Assembly (NCBI GenBank): GCA_965237405.1
Contig: OZ250139.1
Span: 771,820-835,819, forward strand
Direction of reading: 5' to 3'
DNA from: Vicinamibacterales bacterium
GTDB taxonomy: Bacteria > Acidobacteriota > Vicinamibacteria > Vicinamibacterales > UBA8438
Length of the DNA stretch: 64,000 bases
The notes beneath the pieces were generated by a model. It was given only the letters and a program-made list of their open reading frames with translations, made no database searches and was not told the DNA's origin. Both the position numbers and the translations under genes were made by a program. Below, piece after piece: positions 18,618-27,444 of this stretch. Within the stretch, counting starts at the first letter, position 1; every line of letters starts with the position of its first letter.

Positions 18618-20014
18618 AAGCTTCGTCGATAGAGCGCGTTTCCTGTCTGGTCGAAAAATTCGAACGTTAGCGAACGATCTGGATCGTAGGTTACGGTAAG
18701 GAACCCGCCACGTGCCGCGGAGTAGGGTTGCGTGACACCCTGATGGGTTTCGGTGATTGGTGGGACTGGTGCCGTGTGCAGGTCACAGGTCGGCCCGCAA
18801 CTGAACTCGCGAATTTCCCTGTCATTGCGCCGGTCCACCGATTCGTACTGCCAATGCCGGTCACCGCAGATGATCATCAGATTGTCCAGTTGGTGTTCTT
18901 GGACCCAGTCGAGGAAGGCCTGCCCCTCGGTCCAAAAGCCGTTCGGGTTGGCGTGGTTGTCGGTCTTCGTGATGCGATCGGGGCCGATTATCGGCGTGGG
19001 CGAAATCAGGACCCGCCAATCTGCGTCGCTCTCAAGCAACGTTTGCTTAAGCCATGCTAGTTGCTCGTGGCCCCACATCGTCTTATCGGGTCCATCGGGC
19101 ATGGCGTTCTCCGAACGGAAATCGCGCCCTTCGACTAGCCAGAGCTGCACGCCCTGTCCCCAACGAAAGGTTCGATACGTGGGGTCGCTCATGGGGAAGA
19201 CCTGCTTGAAGACCATGATGCCTTCTTCATGCGTGAGCCACTGCTCTGGGGTCGCCTTCTTACTACCATCGAGCCGTCCGCCGTCTCCCGCTTTCCACTG
19301 TTGCCAGCGATCGGCGTCGTTGAAGCGATAGTCGTGGTCGTCTTTTTCGAAGTATCCGCCGATGTGCTCGAAGTATTTCTTCATTAACGGAAGGCCGTAC
19401 ATCATCTGGTACGCATCGTATGCGCCCTGCACGTCCCGAGCCAGCGGCGACGTCATCGTCGGACCGATCCCGTCGTAGTAAACGTTGTCGCCCGTGGATA
19501 CCAGGAAATCTGGTTGCTGTGCGGCCATGTGTTGATAGGTCCGTTCCCCGCAGTAGTCCTGTCCTGTGGTCACTTGGAACTTGACCCGAGCCCGCAGGTT
19601 GGCTGCTGGTGCAGTCACGAACGAAAAACGCTTGGAACGTTCTGTCGCATCGCCGTCGTCGTTGCGATACTCGACAGTGTAGAAATGACGGTTACCTGGT
19701 GTCAGGCTCTTCAAGTGGAACTGAGTCGAGTAGTCTTTATTAGCCGTGGCCTCCGCCCACTCGGTGACCGAATCACTGTTGCCGGACTCCAGGATTCCGT
19801 AGTGCACCCGCGTTGATCCCTCGCACCCCGCGATCCGTCCGTCCGCGTTTTGCCCCGCTGCGGCCGTCAGCCGAACGTGGACGATCGCCGACGTATCGGA
19901 CATTTCGCCCACCTTAGCGCCAGACCCCAAATAAATTTTTTTTCCTGAATGAACCGTGGGCGCGGTCAGCAAGAGCACCAAGAGCGCCGTGTGTCCAACA
20001 AGCCGAAGGTTCAT
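18614..20014 (-). CDS. PhoD-like alkaline phosphatase / metallophosphoesterase, exported
   Basis: Signal peptide, FVTAP...VKFQVTTGQDY, FLVSTGDNVYYD, DDHDYRFNDAD and MIICGDRHWQ match the PhoD-like phosphatase layout. Confidence 0.75.
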   Translation of the reverse strand: MNLRLVGHTALLVLLLTAPTVHSGKKIYLGSGAKVGEMSDTSAIVHVRLTAAAGQNADGRIAGCEGSTRVHYGILESGNSDSVTEWAEATANKDYSTQFHLKSLTPGNRHFYTVEYRNDDGDATERSKRFSFVTAPAANLRARVKFQVTTGQDYCGERTYQHMAAQQPDFLVSTGDNVYYDGIGPTMTSPLARDVQGAYDAYQMMYGLPLMKKYFEHIGGYFEKDDHDYRFNDADRWQQWKAGDGGRLDGSKKATPEQWLTHEEGIMVFKQVFPMSDPTYRTFRWGQGVQLWLVEGRDFRSENAMPDGPDKTMWGHEQLAWLKQTLLESDADWRVLISPTPIIGPDRITKTDNHANPNGFWTEGQAFLDWVQEHQLDNLMIICGDRHWQYESVDRRNDREIREFSCGPTCDLHTAPVPPITETHQGVTQPYSAARGGFLTVTYDPDRSLTFEFFDQTGNALYRRSF

Positions 20015-20044
20015 GCTGCCGTTCCTCGCTAGGTGGGTGTTGGT

Positions 20045-20956
20045 CTATTGCGGTATGTCCCGACCTCCGAATAGCTGCATGCTGACCCCGGGCCGATTGA
20101 GCGATAGCGAAAGCTCACCTTCGCCGGCATAATTACCAGGGACCTCATAAACAAGTCGGTACCGTACTGACACCTGATCGGCGTGGGAGTTTATTTGCTC
20201 GGCCAAAGACGAGAGCTGATCGGGAAACCCGCTAGCGGTGTTAACCATCAGATTGCGACCGCCGGTATTTTTCGCGAGGTTGGCTGCGTACTGGAAGGAT
20301 TGTCCCCCAATGGTGTTCGACAAGAGAACCGCGTGAACGGTGGCCTGTCTCGTGACCAACTCCAGGACGAACTCGTTGTATTCCTCCGGGGTGAAGAAAC
20401 TACTCATATCGATGGTATCTGCGACGAGCAACACAAACATCGGCCATGAGTCTTCAGGCTTAAAGCGGCGCTCCCAGGTTTCGAATAGACCGTCCATCAT
20501 GCTCGAACCGGTGCCAACCTCGGTGTGGAGGTACTCGGACGCATCTATCAGCTCTTCACGGTCGGTCGTGAAGGCTTCACGTTGACGAATTTGAGGCGAG
20601 ATCGTGAAGAGGCCAACTTCGTACTCGGGGTTCAGGATGGACAGAAAGGTCTCGAACGCGACGCGCAGGTTGCTGTCCGCTCTTTCGTGGAACATTACGT
20701 CACCGAGGTCGACCAGGTAAGCGATCCTGGGGGAGGCGTTGTCGAGCGAGGTCGAGACCAAGGTGAGGGGGGTACCGTCCATGTTGAGCTTGAATTCGTC
20801 GGGCGTGAGATCCAGAACGGGTTCACCGAATTGGTCTGAAACGGCCACGTACAGTTGCCCTTGGTCTTGCGCAGTGGCTACGTTGGGTCCCAGCACAAAG
20901 ACGAAGCACACGACCAAAACCAGTAAACATAGTTTCGTAGAATGGATTCCCCTCAT
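20045..20956 (-). CDS. Exported VWA-like protein related to the TIGR03436-type family
   Basis: Signal peptide, then LYVAVSDQFGEPVLDLTPDEFKLNMDGTPL (the N-terminal beta domain typical of the family) and LAKNTGGRNLMV...YRLVYEVP at the C-terminus. It lies 31 nt upstream of PhoD. Confidence 0.55.
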   Translation of the reverse strand: MRGIHSTKLCLLVLVVCFVFVLGPNVATAQDQGQLYVAVSDQFGEPVLDLTPDEFKLNMDGTPLTLVSTSLDNASPRIAYLVDLGDVMFHERADSNLRVAFETFLSILNPEYEVGLFTISPQIRQREAFTTDREELIDASEYLHTEVGTGSSMMDGLFETWERRFKPEDSWPMFVLLVADTIDMSSFFTPEEYNEFVLELVTRQATVHAVLLSNTIGGQSFQYAANLAKNTGGRNLMVNTASGFPDQLSSLAEQINSHADQVSVRYRLVYEVPGNYAGEGELSLSLNRPGVSMQLFGGRDIPQ

Positions 20957-21149
20957 TAGCTGATCTCCTCGCCTACCTAAAGAGTGATAAACGATCGGTT
21001 TCCAGTAGTGACCATGAATGTACTCCAGACGCGTTAGCCTGTCGACCCTAGGAGGTTATGTGCTCCAGGACCAAGGTAATGGTGACCGCCCTTCGATAAA
21101 GAATGCAAGGGTTTAAGTCTTGCTCACACCCAGGGAGACGCAACGAGTC

Positions 21150-21281
21150 ATGTTCGCGTCAAATACCTTGATCGTGCCTGATCTGGCGATCCGGATGTGT
21201 GACTGTGTGCACCCGAATGATCGGGGACACCAGATGATCGTCGATCACCTGGAGGCAGTCGTGCGCGATTTGGTCGAGTAG
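21150..21281 (+). pseudogene. Isolated C-terminal fragment (43 codons) of an SGNH/GDSL hydrolase
   Basis: My translation: MFASNTLIVPDLAIRMCDCVHPNDRGHQMIVDHLEAVVRDLVE. D-x-VHPN-x-x-GH is SGNH block V. An in-frame TAA lies 12 codons upstream of the ATG, so no catalytic N-terminal part exists. Confidence 0.5.
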
Positions 21282-21300
21282 GGCCTGCTAGCTCATAAAG

Positions 21301-21334
21301 AAAGGCCCCGATCTACTCTCGGACCGGGGCCTTT
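21301..21334. terminator. GC-rich hairpin (10-bp stem)
   Basis: AAAGGCCCCG (21301-21310) pairs with CGGGGCCTTT (21325-21334). On the minus strand it is followed by CTTTAT, so it could terminate a minus-strand transcript from 21340-21780, or the plus-strand SGNH remnant. Confidence 0.45.
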
Positions 21335-21782
21335 ACGTCTGCTGCAGTGGCGTTGGGTTTCCCCGCTGAGGGGGCTCCCGTATCCGCGCCAGAACATCGC
21401 GCTGGAGCTCTCTACGAGGACGCCACCTCCACCAGACTTCCACTGTTATCGTCCACTAGATCACCTCCTTGTTTGGGCGTACTCGACATGGTGGGACCCA
21501 ACCCACCCGACCCGTTGGGCCGCCCAAACCCAAACTTGGCCGCCGCGTCGTGCGCGGATCCTCAATATCCATAGTTTGCCACAAATCGTATGGCTCCGAG
21601 ACTCGTGAATATACCGGCACCGTTGGCCTGGGCATAGAATGGCGGATGAACGGCATCCATTAGGATAATCTGACACTCAATATCGCCATGCTGCTCTGTC
21701 CGTCAGTTGCGCTTAGTGCGGTCACAGGGTTAGTTAGAATCACGACCCGATCGGGAATAGGACGCTCTATGAGGCCGATAGG

Positions 21783-23084
21783 ATGAACTCGATGATCAGG
21801 TTCTTGATTTGCTTCGTGGTAGCCATGTTGTGGGCTGTATCTCCGACGGTCGCGCAAACGACCGACGATCCGTTTTCCTCACCCATTTCAGAAGGTGAAG
21901 GTGCCCTTCGCGTCGGCATTGAGGAGGTCGTCTCGCTACCGGACGTCGATGGTGGGGCAGTCCGGATGATGCTCTTGGCTGCCGAACCGGGGGCGGGTCG
22001 TTTGTTCGTCAACGATATGCGAGGGGTGCTCTATACCGTCAGCTACGACGGACAGACGGTGATCCGATACCTGGACCTCACAGCATCGAGATGGAATCTC
22101 GATATCCAGTCGTCTAATTTCGACCGCGGTTTTCAGAGTTTCGCGTTCCATCCGCAGTTTAGTGAATCGGCGACGTCCGGCTTCGGCAAGTTCTATGCCT
22201 ACACTCGATACGTCCAACCAGACGTCGATGCCGGACTTTACGCCAGGAGGCGGCCAGGACACCCACGATACCGTGTCGCTGGAATGCACCTCGGCCGATC
22301 CAGCTGCAGCGATGTACGACGGCGGTCCGCCGCGAGAGCTGTTCCGAGTGGAGCAACCGTTTACGAATCATAACGGCGGGCAGATTGGTTTCAATCCGAC
22401 CGTGTTGCCCCAAGACCCTGACTTCAGGCTGCTCTATATCGGTTCTTCCGATGGTGGGGCCGGCGGTGACCCGCTCGACCTTTCGCAAAATATCGGGTCG
22501 GTGTTTTGCAAGATGCTGCGGATCGACCCGCCGGGCGGAAACAGCCGAAACGGCGAGTATGGGATTCCAGAGGACAACCCCTTTGCGTCCGACGGGGATC
22601 TCGAGACGCTCGATGAGATCTACGCTTACGGTGTGCGCAATCCTCAAAGGTTCGCGGGGGATCCCTGGAACGGTCACATGTTCCTTGCAGACATCGGCCA
22701 GCAAACCTGACCTATCCCGTCGTGGAGTACGGACAGTTGGACCCGCTTCTCCAACCCGGCGCGGCGGCGACTGGCCTCGTGGTATCACGGGCGAGTTCGA
22801 TCCCGCTGCTCCTGAACGTCGTGCTCTTTGGCGACAATCCCAGCGGTGAGGTGTTCTACTTCGACGCGGACCAGGATCCGGCGGGTGGTCAGGATGCCGT
22901 TCGCCGAGTTGTTTTCAACGACAACGGGGAGTCGAAGACGTTGTTGCAGCTCGTGCAGGAAAAGAACGGCGAGCAGGGACGTTCACGGGCGACGCGCGCC
23001 GACCTGCGTTTTGGGTCGGGGCCGGACGGATAGGTCTTTCTTCTCAACAAGCGCGACGGTGTCATTCGGCGGTTAGTTCCGTAG
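21783..23084 (+). pseudogene. PQQ-dependent sugar (glucose/sorbosone) dehydrogenase-like gene with two compensating frameshifts and an in-frame TAG
   Basis: Frame 0 (21783-~22195): signal peptide ...RGFQSFAFHPQF...GKFYAYT. Frame +1 (~22195-22710): PDFTPGGGQDTHDTV...EQPFTNHNGGQIGFNP...LYIGSSDGGAGGDP...YAYGVRNPQRFAGDP...FLADIGQ. Back to frame 0 (22707-23030): LTYPVVEYGQ...VVLFGDNPSGEVFYF. TAG at 23031-23033, then VFLLNKRDGVIRRLVP and stop at 23084. Confidence 0.75.
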
Positions 23085-23204
23085 AACTGTTCGGCACACG
23101 ATGACTTGATGGCGTACCGCGGTCGTAATGGATAGGCGAGTAGGGCTGTCGACGCGGGCCGACCTGTCGATAGGGGTGGGAACGACCGAAACGATTAAAG
23201 AGGT

Positions 23205-24032
23205 ATGGTCGACGCTCCAACACTTTTTTGGCGACATCGTCTACACGAGATCGTATTCGAGGCGGATACCTCCGCTGGGAAAGCATTCGACGTCGCGCTA
23301 ATTTTCGCGATCGCCGCGAGCGTGACCGTCGTGATGCTCGAGAGCGTTGCCGCTCTGCGTCAGGAGTTTAGCTGGCAACTCGCCATCGCTGAGTGGTTCT
23401 TTACCGTGCTCTTTACCGTCGAGTATGGCGCCCGGATGTTGAGCGTCAGCCGACCACTTCGATATGCCAAGAGCTTCTTCGGTATCATCGACTTGCTCGC
23501 AATCCTGCCGACATATCTCAGTCTAATCATCACCGGAACGAACTCCCTGCTGGTCATTCGGGTGTTTCGCCTTTTCCGGATCTTCCGGGTCTTCAAGCTT
23601 CGCCACTACCTGACCGAGGTCCATGTGTTCGAGAATGCGCTGCGTAACAGCCGTCCGAAGATCACGGTCTTCCTGGTTACCGTTATCTCGATTGCACTGG
23701 TCATGGGAACCGTGATGTATCTAGTCGAAGGCGGGGCATCCGGCTTCACCAGCATCCCGCGCAGCGTCTATTGGGCGGTTGTGACGATGACAACCGTCGG
23801 CTACGGTAACATCGCACCCGTGACGCCGTTCGGACAATTCGCGGCGGGATGTCTGATGATCCTCGGGTATGCCATCATCGCGGTGCCTACTGGAATTATG
23901 TCGGTCGAGATCGCCCAGCAGATGAAGGGTCCTGCCGTATCAACCCAGGCATGTCTCGAGTGTGCCGCTGAGGGACACGACGTCGATGCGATGTGCTGTA
24001 AGTTCTGCGGGGCCAGTCTCGAGTTGGAGTAG
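23205..24032 (+). CDS. Voltage-gated-type K+ channel (six-TM, S4 arginine ladder, TVGYG filter) with C-terminal Cys4 zinc-ribbon-like tail
   Basis: LLVIRVFRLFRIFRVFKLRHY (S4-like), MTTVGYGNIAP (K+ selectivity filter), and a tail CLECAAEGHDVDAMCCKFCGASL. Confidence 0.8.
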   Translation: MVDAPTLFWRHRLHEIVFEADTSAGKAFDVALIFAIAASVTVVMLESVAALRQEFSWQLAIAEWFFTVLFTVEYGARMLSVSRPLRYAKSFFGIIDLLAILPTYLSLIITGTNSLLVIRVFRLFRIFRVFKLRHYLTEVHVFENALRNSRPKITVFLVTVISIALVMGTVMYLVEGGASGFTSIPRSVYWAVVTMTTVGYGNIAPVTPFGQFAAGCLMILGYAIIAVPTGIMSVEIAQQMKGPAVSTQACLECAAEGHDVDAMCCKFCGASLELE

Positions 24033-24342
24033 AGACGGATTCAGAGCTGTCTAGTGCCGTGCCCCGACGGTCTCGACCACCCTGCCGCAAGCGGCGATTC
24101 GCCGATACGTTACGAGCCCGAGCACCAGTGGCAACAGGTAGTAGATGACCGGCGCGGTGATCCGAGGCCGAAGACCGGCAGAACCGTTTCAGGTAGGATC
24201 CGGCTCGCGCGTATCATCACTACCTCAACGTCGCTCAACAAGAATGGTCTTGAACACTGGAGTCACACCGTCGACTATAAGAACGGGAACTATTCGCAGG
24301 TAATTCGGTATGTCATAGGATTCGCGCCGTGGCCAAACGAGG

Positions 24343-24813
24343 TTGGGTATGGGTAGGGAAGTCGAACGTAAGTTCCTGGTGGTTGGGGCCGAGTGGCGGC
24401 AGACTAGTGGCGTTGTGTACCGCCAAGGTTACCTCAGTACGGTGAAGGAACGGACGGTCCGTGTTCGTACGGCGGGCGATCGCGCGTACCTCACCATCAA
24501 GGGTAAGGTCGTGGGTGCAACGCGGTCGGAATACGAGTACGCAATCCCTACGCGTGACGCCGAGGGGATGTTGGCGGACCTCTGCGAGCGGCCTTTGATC
24601 GAGAAGCGTCGATACCGGGTTGAACACGCTGGGCTGACTTGGGACGTCGACGAGTTTCTCCATGAGAACGCCGGTTTAGTGCTCGCGGAGGTCGAGCTCG
24701 AACGCGAAGGCCAAGTCGTTCAAAGGCCGGCTTGGGTCGGGAAGGAAGTAACCGACAATCCTCGATATTTTAACGCAAATCTGACCCGGCATCCTTACCA
24801 GGAGTGGTCATGA
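24343..24813 (+). CDS. CYTH-domain protein (triphosphatase / class IV adenylate cyclase fold)
   Basis: EVERKFLV (EXEXK signature), AYLTIKG, TRSEYEYAIP, IEKRRYRV, WDVDEF and LVLAEVEL. Confidence 0.75.
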   Translation: MGMGREVERKFLVVGAEWRQTSGVVYRQGYLSTVKERTVRVRTAGDRAYLTIKGKVVGATRSEYEYAIPTRDAEGMLADLCERPLIEKRRYRVEHAGLTWDVDEFLHENAGLVLAEVELEREGQVVQRPAWVGKEVTDNPRYFNANLTRHPYQEWS

Positions 24814-25217
24814 TTACGCAACGGCGGAATGGTTTCAGAGTTCGGTCTTTCTCGCCGTTGATTCCTCCGAGCTTGTCCGTTTCTGGCGGCTGGATTTCCC
24901 TGGTGAATGAAGTGTCTACTACGCCCTTCATCTAAGGACTGAGCGGCTCCCTGGAGTGGCGGCACCACCCAGACTGAAAGAGGGATCGCCGCCGCTGCCG
25001 GTCGAGGCGATCGGGTCCGTCAGAAACGGAAGGGGGTAGAATGACCTCGTTTCTGGTCTAAACGATCACGGTGGCTAACCTTCGGCTCGTGCCTCAGCCA
25101 TTGCGGAGAGGGCGTGCCCGTTGATAAGAGTGGCACAGGGGGGCGGCGGTCGCTCGCCACGCCGGCGCTGGTAATGTCGACGAAACACGAAGCTTCGTTT
25201 AGGAGCCGGCGGAGGAG

Positions 25218-25895
25218 TTGATTCTCATCATGGCCCAAAGGCGCTTTCGTATCGGCGCAGTCCACGCGCTCATGAACGCAATCCCGCCGACTCAAACGGC
25301 GTTTGACAGAGGATGGTCAAGCGCAGACGTTGCCCACTTACTCGACGGGTCGCTCTATCTTGACCGGAGTCGTGGCACCGCTGACGAGGCGGAGCTTGCG
25401 TCTCGCATCAACCGTCTGATCAAGTACAGTGCCGGCACCGGTGCGGAGGGCATCATCGTGACCGGGTCGTTCTTTGGTGACGCGGTCAAGCAGGCACGAG
25501 ATGGCATGAATATCCCGGTGATGACCTCCTTCGACGGTATCGTCGAGCGGGCACTCGATCTTGACCAACCGTTGCATGTTCTGGCAACGGCTCCAGACTC
25601 CGCCACGCTTCTGTCGGAGGCGCTCGAGCGAGAGGCAACGCGGCGTTCTCGACGAGTGTCGCTTTCTCGTGATGCCGTGGCGGGGGCGATGGACGCGCTG
25701 ATCGGAGGCGATGTCGATCGCCACGATCACCTTGTTCTTGCGGCGGTTGGTGCTGTGGACACCGCCGCCGCGATTCTCTTCGCGCAGTTTTCGATGGAGC
25801 GGATTCTCCCGCAAAGTGCGGTGGAGCGGAGCCAGCCGGTCATTGGACCGGCGAGCGAGGGGGTGGCCCGGCTGCGCCAATTGATTGCCCAGTGA
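25218..25895 (+). CDS. Asp/Glu/hydantoin racemase-like (arylmalonate decarboxylase-like) protein
   Basis: The two-lobe pattern RIGAVHALMNAIPP...GAEGIIVTGSFFG...IPVMTSFDG...HVLATAP...ILFAQFSM is reminiscent of PF01177-type proteins. The assignment is weak. Confidence 0.35.
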   Translation: MILIMAQRRFRIGAVHALMNAIPPTQTAFDRGWSSADVAHLLDGSLYLDRSRGTADEAELASRINRLIKYSAGTGAEGIIVTGSFFGDAVKQARDGMNIPVMTSFDGIVERALDLDQPLHVLATAPDSATLLSEALEREATRRSRRVSLSRDAVAGAMDALIGGDVDRHDHLVLAAVGAVDTAAAILFAQFSMERILPQSAVERSQPVIGPASEGVARLRQLIAQ

Positions 25896-26309
25896 GCTAG
25901 TCGTGTATTTGGGTTGTCTCAATGGAGGCCGTGCTCGCGCTCTTACTGGTTGCGCTAGTTATTTTTTTTGCAGCGTTCGTTCGTCGCCCGAGCCCGGCCG
26001 GTTAGCTCGTTGTCGCAGATTCCTTGCTACGTTCCCAGCTGCCTCATTTGCTTCGCACCACAGTACGTCTAGGTCATTCCGATTGATTCGCTGTTTACGG
26101 AACGGCTGGGCGTCGAGTTCGTGCCCCCTCGCTCCGCGCAGGTGCGGATGGTACCTGAAGCGCGAGCCATCTCTAGCCTTCGTTCTTCAACTTCCGTCGT
26201 CGGAAGTAAGTCCTGGCGCGTCGCACCTGGCACGCCGGTGCAGCCATTGAGAGTCTGTGGGCATAGAATGGCGTCGCCCTGTGTACGCACGGGGACTTTG
26301 GGGGGGGCT

Positions 26310-27218
26310 ATGGACCAACAAACCGTGGGATTCATTGGACTTGGTCGAATGGGTTTCGGAATGGCGAAGAATCTGTCGAGGGCTGGCGTTCCACTGATAG
26401 TGTGCGATCTGCGCCCGCAGCCCCTGCAGGCTCTGGCCGAGGACGGTGTCTCCGTTGCGGCGGACCCTGCCGAGCTTGGCGAACGCGTCGAGTTCTTGTT
26501 TCTCTGCCTTCCATCCGAAACCGAATCGGAGGATGTTCTGTTTGGCGAGCACGGTGTGGTCCGGAGCCAGAAAACGCTCGCCGTGGTTGACACGACGACC
26601 ATGAATCACGGCGCGGCGCTGCGACTTTCAGAGCGGTCGAAGAGCGCAGGTCTTGCCTATAGCGATTGTCCGATATCGGGGATGCCCTTTCGCGCCGAAA
26701 ACGGCACGCTGACTATGATGTTTGGTGGCAGCAACGAGATGTTCGCCGTGGCCAAGCCGCACCTCGATATCATGGGCGAGTTCATTGTCCATTGCGGCGA
26801 TGTCGGCATGGGGCAGCTTATGAAAGCGGTGAACAACATCATCTACGACGTTAACATCGCCGCGTTCTGCGAAGTCATGCCGCTGGCGGTCAAGGCCGGG
26901 CTGAAGCCTGAGAAGCTCGCAGAGGTTCTCACAACGGCGAGTTCCAGAAGTTTCGCGAGCGAGTACTTTGTGCCGCGCATCCTGAACAGGCGGTTCGAGG
27001 GCGACTTCTCGATGTGCGCCGCTTATAAGGACATCGTGAACATTCAGGAGGTTGCGGCGCGACTTAAGGCATCGTTGCCTGTGGTGGATGCCATGGTGTC
27101 GACCTACCAGACGGCCATTGACATGGGGTTCGGTGAGCAGCCGAAGAGCGCGATGATTAAGGTTTACGAAGATTGGTTGGACCAAGAGGTTCGGCTGTCC
27201 AAGGCGCGAGATTCATAG
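26310..27218 (+). CDS. NAD(P)-dependent 3-hydroxyisobutyrate dehydrogenase-family oxidoreductase
   Basis: ORF 26121..27218. The plausible start is ATG 26310 (MDQQTVGFIGLGRMGFGMAKNL). Rossmann GxGxxG and a 6PGDH-like C-terminal helical domain. Confidence 0.8.
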   Translation: MDQQTVGFIGLGRMGFGMAKNLSRAGVPLIVCDLRPQPLQALAEDGVSVAADPAELGERVEFLFLCLPSETESEDVLFGEHGVVRSQKTLAVVDTTTMNHGAALRLSERSKSAGLAYSDCPISGMPFRAENGTLTMMFGGSNEMFAVAKPHLDIMGEFIVHCGDVGMGQLMKAVNNIIYDVNIAAFCEVMPLAVKAGLKPEKLAEVLTTASSRSFASEYFVPRILNRRFEGDFSMCAAYKDIVNIQEVAARLKASLPVVDAMVSTYQTAIDMGFGEQPKSAMIKVYEDWLDQEVRLSKARDS

Positions 27219-27444
27219 AGCGGACTCAAGGTCGCAGGAGAGTCGGTCCGTCGATGCACGAAAAGTAGACTTTTGTCTACCGTGGCGGACGGCCAGCTTG
27301 CGCCACACCTGATGATTGCACCCGTTTGTGGCCAGAGTAACGCTGTCGCATCACATTATCTCGTTACAGGAAAATCCATCGGCTAGAATAGCCACCTGCC
27401 GTCGTCGGCGGACCCTGTCGTCGACGTGCGCGGGGAGGTTTCCG

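Noticed and set aside
21459-21470. A 12-nt identity to the 16S rRNA 3' end (GATCACCTCCTT), considered as an rRNA operon remnant.
   Set aside because: The flanking sequence bears no resemblance to 16S helix 45 or an ITS. It is more simply read as a perfect SD on the opposite strand.
21440-21659. Minus-strand reading MDAVHPPFYAQANGAGIFTSLGAIRFVANYGY-TGA-GSAHDAAAKFGFGRPNGSGGLGPT...VEVASS, considered as a selenoprotein or readthrough peptide or a RiPP precursor.
   Set aside because: There is no SECIS-like hairpin right after the TGA that I could see, no sel genes or modification enzymes nearby, and the peptide is low in complexity.
21340-21660. Tested as tmRNA, RNase P RNA, SRP RNA or a tRNA-like element, because of a CCTCCACCA string at 21426-21434 and a GGGTGGGTTGGGTCCCACCA string on the minus strand.
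   Set aside because: There is no matching acceptor-stem partner, no T-loop consensus (GTTCRANYC), no GGAAGCAGCC (SRP) and no GAGGAAAGTCC (RNase P). The CCA-like strings are isolated.
24814-25217. A 400-nt GC-rich leader before the racemase-like gene, examined for a riboswitch (cobalamin, TPP, glycine or SAM).
   Set aside because: None of the consensus cores I know (B12 box, CTGAGA/ACCTGA, GGAGAG...CACCG pairs) are present in the proper arrangement.
25922-26005. A 27-codon ORF, MEAVLALLLVALVIFFAAFVRRPSPAG (a single TM helix).
   Set aside because: It has no convincing RBS, and hydrophobic mini-ORFs arise easily by chance. I note it only as a possibility.
25885-26309. The 121-aa ORF and the long N-terminal extension of the HIBADH-like ORF (26121 start).
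   Set aside because: The Rossmann fold begins right after ATG 26310, and the upstream residues are Ser/Arg/Pro-rich with no homology pattern.
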